This document shows, in pieces, positions 24,752-34,900 of a stretch of DNA of 37,560 nucleotides. Origin of the DNA: an uncultured Planctomycetaceae bacterium (GTDB taxonomy: Bacteria; Planctomycetota; Planctomycetia; Pirellulales; UBA1268). The DNA lies in assembly GCA_903949225.1 (NCBI GenBank), contig CAJAYZ010000238.1:1-37560 (forward strand). The letters are read 5' to 3'. Numbering within the stretch: position 1 is the stretch's first letter; every line of letters starts with the position of its first letter. A program made the translations under genes and the position numbers. The notes beneath the pieces are model-generated. The model was not told the origin of the DNA. It did no database searches and was given only the letters and a program-made list of their open reading frames with translations.

Positions 24752-24798
24752 ACGAAGCCATCCCTGGCCTTCGTGAAAAAGGTGGTTGGCACCTTTTT
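24752..24798. terminator. Bidirectional terminator region between convergent genes (two hairpins)
   Basis: ACGAAGCC-ATCCCT-GGCCTTCGT is followed by AAAAAGGTG-GTTGG-CACCTTTTT. The second stem is flanked by A5 and T5, so it reads as hairpin plus U-tract on both strands. Confidence 0.55.
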
Positions 24799-24804
24799 CC
24801 TCCT

Positions 24805-25791
24805 TTACCACCGATGGTGGACCAGCGGTCGGATCGCGTCGTCGTAGATCGCCTGGACGGCGGCGATCGTGTGGGCGTCGAGGGGGGGAAAATCAGCGGC
24901 TTCGGCGTTGGCCTGTACCTGCTCGGGGCTTCGTCCCCCCGGGATCACGGTCGTGACGGCCTCGAACGAGAGGATCCACTGGAGCGCGAACTGCGTCAGC
25001 GTGGCGCCGGCTGGTACCAGGGGACGGAGCCGTTCGACGGCCTCGAGCCCAGTTTCGTAGTCGACCCCCGAGAACGTCTCACCGCGGTCGAACATCGCGC
25101 CCTCACGGTTGAAGAGGCGGTGATCCCCTTCGGGGAAGGCGCTCGTGCGGGAGAACTTTCCACACAACATTCCACTCGCCAGCGGCACCCGGGCGATGAC
25201 CGCCACGTTCCGCCGCAACGCCTGCTCGAAGAACAACTCCGCTGGCCGGAGCCGGAAGGCATTGAAGATGATCTGCACCGACTGGACATTCGGATACTCG
25301 ATCGCCTTGAGGGCTTCCTCAACCTTCTCGACGCTCACGCCATAGAAGCGGATCTTCCCGGCCTTCACGAGACCGTCGAGGGCCTCGAAGACCTCGGGGC
25401 GGTAATAGACCTCCGTCGGCGGGCAGTGGAGCTGGACGAGGTCGAGGCAGTCGACGGCGAGGTTCGTCAGGCTGCGGTCGACGAAGGCCGCGAGATTCGC
25501 GGCGTTGTAGCCGTCGGCGGTGTGCGGGGAGAGCCGGCGGCCAGCCTTCGTGACGACATGGAACGGCTCCGACCGTTCGCGGCGGAGGCGCGCAATCAGG
25601 CGCTCGGAGAGGCCGTCGCCGTAGACGTCGGCGGTATCGAAGAAGTTGATGCCGGCGTCGAGGGCTGCATGGAGCGCGGCAAGAGAGGCGTTCTCGTCGG
25701 CGCCTCCCCACTGGCCGCCACCGATGGCCCAGGCGCCGAAGCCGATCTCCGAAACATTCCACCCCGTCCGACCGAAAGTGCGTGTGTTCAT
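24805..25791 (-). CDS. Aldo/keto reductase
   Basis: MNTRTFGRTGWNVSEIGFGAWAIGG...ALDAGINFFDTADVYGDGLSE...VVTK...LDLVQLH...GKIRFYGVS... is a typical AKR of 328 aa from the internal ATG. Confidence 0.9.
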   Translation of the reverse strand: MNTRTFGRTGWNVSEIGFGAWAIGGGQWGGADENASLAALHAALDAGINFFDTADVYGDGLSERLIARLRRERSEPFHVVTKAGRRLSPHTADGYNAANLAAFVDRSLTNLAVDCLDLVQLHCPPTEVYYRPEVFEALDGLVKAGKIRFYGVSVEKVEEALKAIEYPNVQSVQIIFNAFRLRPAELFFEQALRRNVAVIARVPLASGMLCGKFSRTSAFPEGDHRLFNREGAMFDRGETFSGVDYETGLEAVERLRPLVPAGATLTQFALQWILSFEAVTTVIPGGRSPEQVQANAEAADFPPLDAHTIAAVQAIYDDAIRPLVHHRW

Positions 25792-25851
25792 GATGGGTGA
25801 AGTGTGGCCGGCCGGGTGGGGCGGATTCAAGCGGGTGCTATCCTTTTCGCC

Positions 25852-26589
25852 ATGACAACGGCACCCCATCCCCCAAGGGCGATCATCGTCGGGGCCTCCT
25901 CAGGCATCGGGGCGGCCGTGGCCCGGCAGCTCGCCGACGACGGATGGGCCCTCGGACTCGCAGCACGGAGGGAGGCGCGGCTCGCCAATCTCGCCGACGA
26001 ACTCTCGGCGCGGTACCCAGGGCGCACGTTCCTCCACAGGGCGATCGACCTTCGCGACGGCGACGCGGCGGTCGAGCACTTCGATCGGCTCGTCGCCGAC
26101 CTCGGCGGCGTCGAACTCGTCGTCGTCTCTTCGGGCGTCGGCCACGAGAATCCTCCCCTCGATTGGCCCCCGGAAGCGGAGACGGTGGCGGTCAATGTCG
26201 CCGGGTTTACGGCGATCGCCGTGGCGGCGATGCGGCATTTCGAGGCCCGTCGGTCGGGGCACCTTGTCGGCCTCTCCTCCCTGGCCGCCCTCCATGGCCA
26301 TGGCGACGCGCCTGCCTACGGCGCGAGCAAGGCGTTCGTGAGCCGCTACCTCCAGGCGCTCCGCCACCGGGTCGCCGCCCGGAAGCTCCCCATCGCCATC
26401 ACCGACATCCAGGCCGGCTTCGTCGACACGGCCATGGCGAAGGGGGAAGGGTTGTTTTGGGTGGCGCCGGTGGAGAAGGCGGCTCGGCAGATCGTGGCAG
26501 CGATCCGGCGGAAACGCTCTCACGTCTATGTCACGCGCCGCTGGCGGATCGTGGCCTGGCTGCTGCGGATCCTCCCCGACACATGGTGA
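25852..26589 (+). CDS. SDR-family oxidoreductase
   Basis: The cofactor motif IIVGASSGIGAAVA, the NVAG segment, and the catalytic S...YGASK are present. The protein is about 245 aa from the ATG at 25852. Confidence 0.85.
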   Translation: MTTAPHPPRAIIVGASSGIGAAVARQLADDGWALGLAARREARLANLADELSARYPGRTFLHRAIDLRDGDAAVEHFDRLVADLGGVELVVVSSGVGHENPPLDWPPEAETVAVNVAGFTAIAVAAMRHFEARRSGHLVGLSSLAALHGHGDAPAYGASKAFVSRYLQALRHRVAARKLPIAITDIQAGFVDTAMAKGEGLFWVAPVEKAARQIVAAIRRKRSHVYVTRRWRIVAWLLRILPDTW

Positions 26590-26672
26590 ATGGGGGAGGA
26601 TCCTCTGCCGGCGCTGAGGTAGAATCCCATCGAGCGCTTGCCACGATCGGGTGAGCGGGCGGGGGTGAGGCG

Positions 26673-29129
26673 ATGGCGGCAAGAAGGAGCGTGTGGAGCA
26701 GGGGCGCAGCGGTCGCCGCGGCGATCGCCGGCGGTGCTCTCTGGTTCGCCGTCTGTTCTTTTCCTTCCCTCCCCGCGGCGGAACCCGGGCCGGCCGCGGT
26801 CGATGAGGGCTTTGCCGAGACGATCGTGCCGCTGCTGGCGGCCCGTTGCCTGGCGTGCCACTCCGCCGACCACGAGATCAACGGCGGCCTCCGCCTCGAT
26901 CTTCGTGACGGTTGGGCACAGGGGGGCGACTCCGGGCCGGCGATCGTGCCGGGGGAGCCTGACCAAAGCCTGCTGGTGCGGGCGATCCGCTGGGATCCCG
27001 GGGCGCCCCAGATGCCCCCCGACGGCAAGCTCGCGGCGGAGGAGATCGCGATCATCGAGGCTTGGGTGCGCCGTGGGGCCCACGATCCCCGTGGCGGCTC
27101 GATCGGGCCACGCTCGCGTCTCCTTCCCGGCGCGACGAAGGGGATGACAGCCGAGGAGGGGAGACGGTTTTGGAGTTTCGCGCCACTGTCCGACCCGGCG
27201 TTGCCGGAGGTAGCCGATCCCGACTGGAACCGTGATCCGATCGACCGCTTCATCCGCGCCCGCCTCGACGCCGCCGGCCTCCGGCCGCAGGCGGAGGCTC
27301 TCCCCGAGGTGCTCGCCAGGAGGATTACCGAGGACCTCACCGGTCTGCCACCGACCCCCGAGGAGACCGATGCCTTCGTCGCCGCCCATGCCCGCGATCC
27401 CGATGGGGCGGTGGCGGAACTCGTCGATCGACTCCTCGCTGATCCCGCCTTCGGCGAACGGTTCGGCCGCCACTGGCTCGATCTCGCCCGATTCGCCGAA
27501 TCGAGCGGCGGCGGTCGCACGCTCCTCTTCAAGGATGCGTGGCGCTATCGTGACTGGGTGGTCGCCGCAGTCAACGCCGACATCGCCTTCGATCGGTTCG
27601 TCGCGGCCCAACTCGCCGGTGACCTCCTCGCCGCCGACGGCACGGCCGACCCTGCCGTCGTCGAGGGAAATCTGGTCGCCACCGGCTTCCTCGCGCTCGG
27701 CCCCACGAATTACGAGGAGCAGGACAAGGCCCAACTCCGCTTCGACATCATCGACGAACAGTTGGAGACGATCGGACGCACCTTCCTCGGGCTGTCGATC
27801 GGCTGCAGCCGCTGCCACGATCATCCCTATGATCCGATCACGCACGCCGATTACCACGCGCTGGCCGGGATCCTCTCGAGCACGAAGACACTCCTCAACG
27901 AGACCGACAACGTCGCACGCTGGATCGCCCGGCCGCTTCTCGAGCCGGCGTCGATCGCCTCGCGCCGCGCCGAGATCGACACCGCAACCGCCCGGCTCAA
28001 GGCAGAGCGCACCAAGCTGAAGAAGGAGACCGCCGACACTCCCCCAAACGCCGACGGGGTGACTCCCGCCGCAGCGCGCTCGGCGGAGATCGAGGCCGAG
28101 CTCGGCCGGCTCGGCGCGGAGCTGCCACCGCGGCTGACGGCGATGATCGTCGAGGATCGCGCCGACGCGGCCGACACCGCGATCCGGGTCCGCGGGATCG
28201 AAAAGAATCGTGGCCGGGTCGTCCCCCGGGGCATGCCTGAGGTGTTTGCCGTTGATCTCGCCATCCCGACTGGGTCGAGCGGCCGGAGGGAACTGGCGGC
28301 TTGGATCGGCCGGCCCGAGTCGGCGCTTCCACAGCGCGTGCTCGTGAACCGTGTGTGGGGATGGCTCCTCGGCCGCGGCATCGTTCCCACGGTCGACAAC
28401 TTCGGGGTTAGCGGCGATCCCCCGTCACATCCGGAGCTCCTCGACTGGCTCGCACGCCGCTTCATCGCCAACGGCTCGCGGCTCAAGCCGCTCGTCCGGG
28501 AGATCGTCCTCTCGCGGACCTACCGCCAGGCCGCGGCGGAGGGCTCCGCGGACGGGAACCGGCTCTGGAGCGGGGCCGTGCGGCGCCGCCTCGATGCCGA
28601 ACAGATCCGCGATGGCCTGCTTGCGGCTGCAGGCCGGCTCGATCGCACCGTCGGCGGCCTGTCAATCGTCGGGGCCGGCGACATCGACGCCAACGACACC
28701 GCCGCGCAGTCGATCGAGTATGGCTACGTCTTTGACGACGTCCGCCGCAGTGTCTACACCCCCGCCTTTCGCAACCGCCGGCCTGCGTTGTTCGAGGTCT
28801 TCGACTTTGCCGACATCAACGCCTCCAGCGGGACAAGGACGACGAGCACCGTCGCCTCGCAGAGCTTGTTTCTCGCCAATGACCCGTTCGTCGTCGCCGC
28901 CTGTCGGGCCGTTGCCGGGCGGGTTGTTGCCGGGCGGGTTGTTGCCGAGGCGGAATCGGACGAGGCGCGGATCGAGCGGGCCTTCCGGCTCCTCCTCGCG
29001 CGACGTCCGTCGGCCGGGGAACGTGAGGCGGCCGTGGCGTTCCTCGCGCGCACCGACGGTGAGATCGAGAGCTGGACGGTGCTTTGTCAGTCGATCGTCT
29101 CGAGTCCCGATTTTCGATTTCTCGATTGA
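26673..29129 (+). CDS. Planctomycete-type PSCyt1 (CxxCH) / DUF1549 / DUF1553 domain protein
   Basis: A signal peptide is followed by the CLACH heme-binding motif with GGLRLD...GGDSGPAIVPG...SLL. The DUF1549-like block is NRDPIDRFI..RL...GL.P...A....L.RR...DLTGLPPTPEE..AF. The DUF1553-like block is CSRCHDHPYDPI...DYH. Confidence 0.85.
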   Translation: MAARRSVWSRGAAVAAAIAGGALWFAVCSFPSLPAAEPGPAAVDEGFAETIVPLLAARCLACHSADHEINGGLRLDLRDGWAQGGDSGPAIVPGEPDQSLLVRAIRWDPGAPQMPPDGKLAAEEIAIIEAWVRRGAHDPRGGSIGPRSRLLPGATKGMTAEEGRRFWSFAPLSDPALPEVADPDWNRDPIDRFIRARLDAAGLRPQAEALPEVLARRITEDLTGLPPTPEETDAFVAAHARDPDGAVAELVDRLLADPAFGERFGRHWLDLARFAESSGGGRTLLFKDAWRYRDWVVAAVNADIAFDRFVAAQLAGDLLAADGTADPAVVEGNLVATGFLALGPTNYEEQDKAQLRFDIIDEQLETIGRTFLGLSIGCSRCHDHPYDPITHADYHALAGILSSTKTLLNETDNVARWIARPLLEPASIASRRAEIDTATARLKAERTKLKKETADTPPNADGVTPAAARSAEIEAELGRLGAELPPRLTAMIVEDRADAADTAIRVRGIEKNRGRVVPRGMPEVFAVDLAIPTGSSGRRELAAWIGRPESALPQRVLVNRVWGWLLGRGIVPTVDNFGVSGDPPSHPELLDWLARRFIANGSRLKPLVREIVLSRTYRQAAAEGSADGNRLWSGAVRRRLDAEQIRDGLLAAAGRLDRTVGGLSIVGAGDIDANDTAAQSIEYGYVFDDVRRSVYTPAFRNRRPALFEVFDFADINASSGTRTTSTVASQSLFLANDPFVVAACRAVAGRVVAGRVVAEAESDEARIERAFRLLLARRPSAGEREAAVAFLARTDGEIESWTVLCQSIVSSPDFRFLD
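28911..28949 (+). repeat. In-frame 15-bp tandem duplication (GTTGCCGGGCGGGTT x2 plus a partial third copy) inside the PSCyt gene
   Basis: Read directly. It encodes VAGRV-VAGRV-VAE. Confidence 0.85.
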
Positions 29130-29176
29130 CGATGGTGGCGCCATCGCCGTTGGGTGCTCCCCAGAGAGGTTTTGCC

Positions 29177-30595
29177 ATGACTACACCTGCCGCGGCGTCA
29201 CCGGTCGTCCTGTCGCGGCGTGCGGCACTTGGGCGTGCCGGGTGCGGATTTGGAGCGCTGGCTTGGGCTGGCCTCAACGCCCGCCATGCCGCCGCCACGA
29301 TCGGCCCTCACCTTCCCCTCCGCGCCAAGCGGATGATCTTCCTGTTCATGGCTGGAGGGGTGAGCCAGGTCGACAGCTTCGACCGCAAGCCGCGGCTCAC
29401 GACCGACGACGGCAAGCAGATGCCGTTTGGCGACCTCCGCAGCCTCGCCAAGACGGGGAAGAGCCCGCCCCAGCGCGTCATGAAGCCGCTGTGGAAGTTT
29501 TCCAGGCGCGGGGAGAGCGGCCTTTGGGTTTCCGATCTCTTCCCGGCGATGGCGGAGATTGCCGACGATCTGTGCGTCGTCCGCAGTCTCCACACCGAGG
29601 GAATAGCCCACGGCCCGGCGACGCTCTTCCTTCACTGCGGCGCCACCACGGCCGTGCGGCCGTCACTCGGAGCCTGGCTCGATTACGGTCTCGCCACCGA
29701 GAACGACGATCTCCCCGGCTTTGTTAGCCTCTCGCCGAGCCTCGGCAACGGCGGACCGCGCAATCACGGGACCGCCTTCCTCCCGCCGATCCACCAGGGC
29801 ACGGCCATCGGGCGTGCCGGTGTGCCTGCGCGCGAAGGCGGGATCCGTAATCTCGCGCCGCCGCGTGGTGGGCTGCTGGCAGCGGCCGGCCGTGATCTGC
29901 TCGCCGGGATCAATGCGGCCCAGGCCGAGGCCCGTCCCGGCGACACCGAACTCGAAGCGGTGATCGCTGCCGGTGAGCTTGCGACGCGGATGGAGTCGGC
30001 AGCGCCACGCGTCCTCGACCTCGCCGGTGAGACAGCCGAGACGCTTGCCCTCTACGGGATCGACGGCGGCCCGGCCGACAACTTCGGCCGCCAATGCCTC
30101 CTCGCCCGCCGCCTGTGCGAGGCCGGCGTGCGCTTCGTGCAGGTGAACTACACCGACAACTCCAACAACCCGGCCTGGGACCAGCACTCCGACATGCCGA
30201 GGCATGCTGTCCACGCCCGCGCCACCGATCAGCCGGTGGCCGCCTTGGTGCGCGATCTGAAGCGGCGCGGATTGCTCGACGACACGATCGTCTGGTGGGG
30301 GAGCGAGTTCGGCCGCACGCCTTACGCTCAAGACAACGGCACAGGCCGCGACCACAACCCTGCCGGGTTCACAATCTGGCTGGCCGGAGGGGGCTTTCGG
30401 GCCGGCCATGCCCACGGAGAAACCGACGACTACGGCCACCACGCCGTCGTCGACCGGGTCCACATGCACGATCTTCACGCCACGCTCCTAGCGGCGCTCG
30501 GCCTCGACCACACCCGGCTCACCTTCCGGCACGCCGGTCGCGATCACCGCCTCACCGACGTCGCCGGCCGCGTCGAGGACCGGCTCTTCGCCTGA
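29177..30595 (+). CDS. DUF1501 (sulfatase-like) protein with a Tat signal
   Basis: MTTPAAASPVVLSRRAALGRAGCGFGALAWAG is followed by KRMIFLFMAGGVSQVDSFD.KP...HGPA......G...PS.GAW..YGL....LP.FV...WDQH...GSEFGRTP....GRDH.P.GF..W.AGGG...G...GETD, the usual DUF1501 pattern. It sits 47 nt downstream of its usual DUF1549/1553 partner. Confidence 0.85.
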   Translation: MTTPAAASPVVLSRRAALGRAGCGFGALAWAGLNARHAAATIGPHLPLRAKRMIFLFMAGGVSQVDSFDRKPRLTTDDGKQMPFGDLRSLAKTGKSPPQRVMKPLWKFSRRGESGLWVSDLFPAMAEIADDLCVVRSLHTEGIAHGPATLFLHCGATTAVRPSLGAWLDYGLATENDDLPGFVSLSPSLGNGGPRNHGTAFLPPIHQGTAIGRAGVPAREGGIRNLAPPRGGLLAAAGRDLLAGINAAQAEARPGDTELEAVIAAGELATRMESAAPRVLDLAGETAETLALYGIDGGPADNFGRQCLLARRLCEAGVRFVQVNYTDNSNNPAWDQHSDMPRHAVHARATDQPVAALVRDLKRRGLLDDTIVWWGSEFGRTPYAQDNGTGRDHNPAGFTIWLAGGGFRAGHAHGETDDYGHHAVVDRVHMHDLHATLLAALGLDHTRLTFRHAGRDHRLTDVAGRVEDRLFA

Positions 30596-30598
30596 GCG

Positions 30599-31981
30599 TC
30601 AGGGGAGCGTTTCGAGATCGATCGTCGGCCGTTTTGCCGGTGGCGGATCGAGCGTGAACACGCTCCCGAGCTTCACCGGCGGCGAGAAGAACCCGCAATT
30701 TCGAAGGAAAAATCCATCCCCTTCGATGCCGCCGGCATAGTCGAGCCGGTGGCCACCGGAGGCTGTGGCATCACCGGTGAACCGGGCCGTGCTGATCGGA
30801 TGCCAGGTGCCTTCGGTGTCCCGCACCCATTGGTTGGCGTAGCGTCCGCGGCGGCCGACGTTGCCGGTGGTGTCGAGGAAGTTCTCGAGAAAGGAATGGA
30901 AGCCGGTGAGGTGGCGATCGGTGCGCGGTCGCTGGAACGAGGCGATCAACCGCCACGATTCCCCCTCGCCGAACCAGGAGGTGTAGGTTGTCGTGCCGTC
31001 GCCGGCCGGTTCGACGCGCGTCAGGAAGCGGTAGGTGAGGCCGGCCTTCCAGGGATGGACAAGAAAGCTCTGGCCGCCGCTCCCCTCGTTGCCGAACTCG
31101 CCGGTCCGCACGCCATCCCCTTTGCGGAGCAGGATGACGCGGTCGGCCTCGGGCACTTTCGTCGGATCGTCGGTCGTGAACGGACTCCAGACGGAGAACA
31201 GGACGCGCCGCTCGGCCGGCCCGTTGACCTGCATGCCGAAGTAGCCCTCTCCGAAGCCGTTGGCCATGAAGAAGCTTCCCAGCGCGTCCTCACCCTCCGG
31301 AACGGTCACCTCGCCGTAGGCGTATTCGATCTCCTTCTCCGCCGGGAGCGAGTAACCGAGGTGCACCGAGGGACCGCGACGGCCCCAGTAGTACATCGCG
31401 CCGTCGTTGGTCGTGACCGCGGAGACGGCAAGGTCGGGCGTCTCCGAGCGAATCCGCAGCACCGGGTTGCTCGCGAAGGCCCCCCCCTCTCGGCGCACTC
31501 CATGGATCTCGGCCTTCACGTAGCCGGGGCCCGCGAGGGAAAATCGCCCGAAGCGGGCGGTCGAAGAATCGTCACCGGAGAGTTCGGCTGTGACGGCAGT
31601 GTCGCCGATTGTCAGAACGACCTCGGCCCGCCCGCCGGTCTCCGCTGAAACCAGTTCCACCTCGGCTTCGGTCGGCAGGTCGACGTGAAACCAGACGCTC
31701 CAGGTCGTCTCGGGATCGTGCCAGCGGACCTCAGCCCCGCCGCGTGCGAGCCCGTCGTTCGAGCCCGGCTTGGAGGTCACCGCGTAGGCATTACCGCCGA
31801 AGGGAACGGACCATTCGGTCGCCTCGACCGATCGCGGATCGGCCCCCTGACCGAGGAGCGGCGCGAGGGCGAGCAAGCAACCGGCGATCAGCCATCGTCC
31901 GCCAAGATGTTCTTGAAGGCTGCTCCGTCGGCCCAGGCCACGCTGATCCTGGGGTTTGTGTACGGGGGAATCGCTTGGCAT
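30599..31981 (-). CDS. Secreted DUF5077/DUF3472-like protein
   Basis: The signal is WLIAGCLLALAPLLGQGA. The C-terminal half, with ANGFGEGYFGMQVNGPAERRVLFSVWSP...GNEGSGGQS...W.AG.TY.F......, resembles DUF3472. The ATG lies 1 nt after the stop of the upstream TPR gene (TGAcATG). Confidence 0.65.
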   Translation of the reverse strand: MPSDSPVHKPQDQRGLGRRSSLQEHLGGRWLIAGCLLALAPLLGQGADPRSVEATEWSVPFGGNAYAVTSKPGSNDGLARGGAEVRWHDPETTWSVWFHVDLPTEAEVELVSAETGGRAEVVLTIGDTAVTAELSGDDSSTARFGRFSLAGPGYVKAEIHGVRREGGAFASNPVLRIRSETPDLAVSAVTTNDGAMYYWGRRGPSVHLGYSLPAEKEIEYAYGEVTVPEGEDALGSFFMANGFGEGYFGMQVNGPAERRVLFSVWSPFTTDDPTKVPEADRVILLRKGDGVRTGEFGNEGSGGQSFLVHPWKAGLTYRFLTRVEPAGDGTTTYTSWFGEGESWRLIASFQRPRTDRHLTGFHSFLENFLDTTGNVGRRGRYANQWVRDTEGTWHPISTARFTGDATASGGHRLDYAGGIEGDGFFLRNCGFFSPPVKLGSVFTLDPPPAKRPTIDLETLP

Positions 31982-31982
31982 G

Positions 31983-34900
31983 TCAGCTCTTTCCATCCGC
32001 GGAAGCGAGGAACGACTCCACCCGCTCCAATCGCGAGGCATCGTCGGGGCTGAGGCGTTCCTGACCGAGCCCCAGGGCCTTGGCCCGGGCGAACGACGCG
32101 CGGGCACCGGGGAGATCGGAGACCTCGGCCTGGATTGCGGCCATGTGGAGGAGCTTGAGGGGGGAAGGGGAGAGGACGGCGTCGTTCATGTCCTCGAGCG
32201 CGAGGATCGTCTGCCCCTTGGCCAGACGGATCAGTGCCCGTGTGTCGAGGATGTCGGGGAGGGGGCCGAGTTCCAGGATCGCCTTCTCGACAAACTCGAG
32301 CGCCTGATCGGCCGTCTCCGGCCGGGCAAGAATCCAGGCGAGATTGGCGGCCACGATTCCGGCTTGGACATCTCCCAGGCCCCCGGAGGTGAGCAGTTGG
32401 CGGTAGTCCTCCTCCGCCTCGGCGGTGTGGCCGAGGGCCTCCTTGGCGATCGCGGCTTGGAGCAGCGTCTCGCCCGAGCCCGGGTTCTCCCGGCTCGCTG
32501 CCTCGATCCACCCCACAACTTGTTCGTCGATCGCGGGGTCGGACGTGGTCTCCGCGTGGCGGAGGATCACCGCCAGCGCCTCGAGGAACATCGCGACCGA
32601 CACCTTGCCCCGAACTGTCCCGAGCATCTCGATTGCTTCAACGGTGCGATGCTGGCGGCCGAGCGACATGGCCTGAGCAGCCACCCCCTCCGGCGACATC
32701 GTCGCGTAGCTCTCGAGAACCTTGTCTGCCGCTTCGGGGAAGCCGAGTTCGGCGGCGATCCGGGCCGCCGACAGCTGGCGGGGGGCGTTCTGCGCGTTCA
32801 GCGGTTCGTCGTCGAAGAGCTTCGCCACCACCCGGCTGGCCCGGTCGCGGTCTCCTTCGGCAAGGGCAAGCTTCGCCTCGAGGCGGATCGTCGCCTGGAG
32901 ATCGGGGGCCGATTCTTGGAGGCGGCGGAGCCACCCCTTCGCCTCCGCGAAATCCTGCTCGTTGATGAACAGCTCGATAATCGTTCCCAGGATAGCCGTG
33001 CTCGCGTTGGCTGAGGAAGCGATGGCCCGCAGCTCTTCGCGGGCCTTCGGCCGATTGCCGACGAGTGATTGGATCCGGGCCTGGCTGATCCGTTCGTCGA
33101 TCGTCAGCGGGCGCCGCTTGGCGAGCGACTCGAAGAGTGTCTGGGCCTGACGCCAGCTGGCCGGGTCGTTCCTGTTCATCAGCAGGCTGATCGAAAGCGC
33201 GGTATCGTCGAGGTATTGGAGCCCCTGCTGGTCGACATTTTTCCCGAGAACGGCGAGCGCTTCCTGGAGATCGATGTAGCGGGGGCTCGTGGCCAGTTGG
33301 GAGGCCAGCGCGCGGCGGGCCCAAAAAACGGTCGGACTTCCCTGCACCGATTCCAGGGCGATGATCCGCCGCAGTTCTTTCTGGGCCTCAGCGGGGCGAT
33401 TGCGGCGCATGAGGAGATCGACGAGGCGTCGGGCGGCCACGAGATCGTCGGGGGACTTTTCGACGGCCTCCTTTGCAGCGAGCTCGGTTGCCTCGGGATC
33501 GCCGAGCGCCTCGTCGGCGGCCCTTTGGAACCGCTCGCGGGCGTCTCCCTGGAGCACCGCGAGCGCCTGACGGGAGGTTTCCGCCAGGCGTTCGCCAGCT
33601 CCGCCAGAGGCCTGCAGTCGCAGGAGCGATAACCAGGCCGCCTCGTTGTCGGGCGCCGCTTCCGTCGCCCGCCGGCCGACCTGCTCGGCCTCCTCCGGCC
33701 GGCCACAGGAGGCCAGCAACCGCGAGTACCACATCAACTGCTGCACGTCTTGGCAATCCTCCGGCGTCAGGGAAGCGCCGATCTGGAGGGCGACATCAGT
33801 CCGGCCGGCGGCGGCGAGGACCTGCGCCCGGATTCGGTCGATCACTGGGCCCCCGGCATCGCCGAGCGAGGCGATCACCGGCGCCGCCTCGTCGAGACGA
33901 CCGGCGGCCGTCAGCAAGATCGCCAGCCGGCGACGTGCAAACGGCAAGGTCTCACCGAGCTCGACAGCTCGCCGGAGGTGACCGATGGCGCCGCTGGGGT
34001 CGCCTTGGAGCTCCGCGATTGCCCCCTGCATCCGTGGCACCTCGGACCAGCTCTCCCGTTCCGCGCCGGCCACGGTGAGCAGATCTCGGGCCTCCGCGAG
34101 TGCGGCCAGATCCTCGGCGGACAGGGCAGCGGTGGGGGAGTCGGCCGCCTGCATTCCCTGTCGCTTCGCGCGGACGGCCACGATCCTGGAAACGGCGGTG
34201 GCGAGCTTCGCTGTGGAGCTGGTCGGGCCGGCGACGCGGACGATCTCTGCGGTCTGCCGCGCGACCTCTTCGACGGCGTCGCGTTCCGCGGCGAGCTCAA
34301 GCACCACCTGACGAACGGCCAGATCGGCTGGACGCCGGGCGAGGAGCGTGCCGGCGATGCGCTCGGCGTTGCTGACGTTGCCCCGGCCGACATGGATCGC
34401 GATCAGTTGGCGGGCACAGCGGTCGGAGGCGGGGCCGGTCACTCGCCCCATCCGCGCCTCGAGGTCGGTGAGCCATTCCCCGGCCTCGGAGGGAGGAGCC
34501 GTCGCCGCCAGTCTCGCCTCGGCCTCGAGGACCTCGGGGGTGTCGCGGATCGTTTCATCGGCGTTGGTGAGCCTGGCCCGCGCGTCTTCGACCTGGCCAG
34601 CCGCGACGAGGAGGAGGAGGCTCTGGGCGAAGAGCGATGGGCTATCAGGATGATCGGCGATGAGGGCGTCGGAGGCGGCACGGGCCTCGTCGAGCTTGTC
34701 TTTCGCGGAGAGGATATCGATCTTCATCAGTCCGATCTGGATCGGATCGGCGTCAGGCTTGGCGGCGATCGTGTCGGCCAGCGCGTCGACCTTCGTCCAG
34801 TCGCGACGATCGGCGTTGCGGCTGAGCCGGTCACGGATCCGGAGGCGGAGGAGCGTCTTGAGCAGCAACGGATTGGCGTCGAGTTTGTCGGGAGGCGTCT

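Noticed and set aside
26526-27857. 443-aa and 333-aa minus-strand ORFs.
   Set aside because: They are antisense to the PSCyt1/DUF1549 gene, which has clear CxxCH and DUF1549 motifs.
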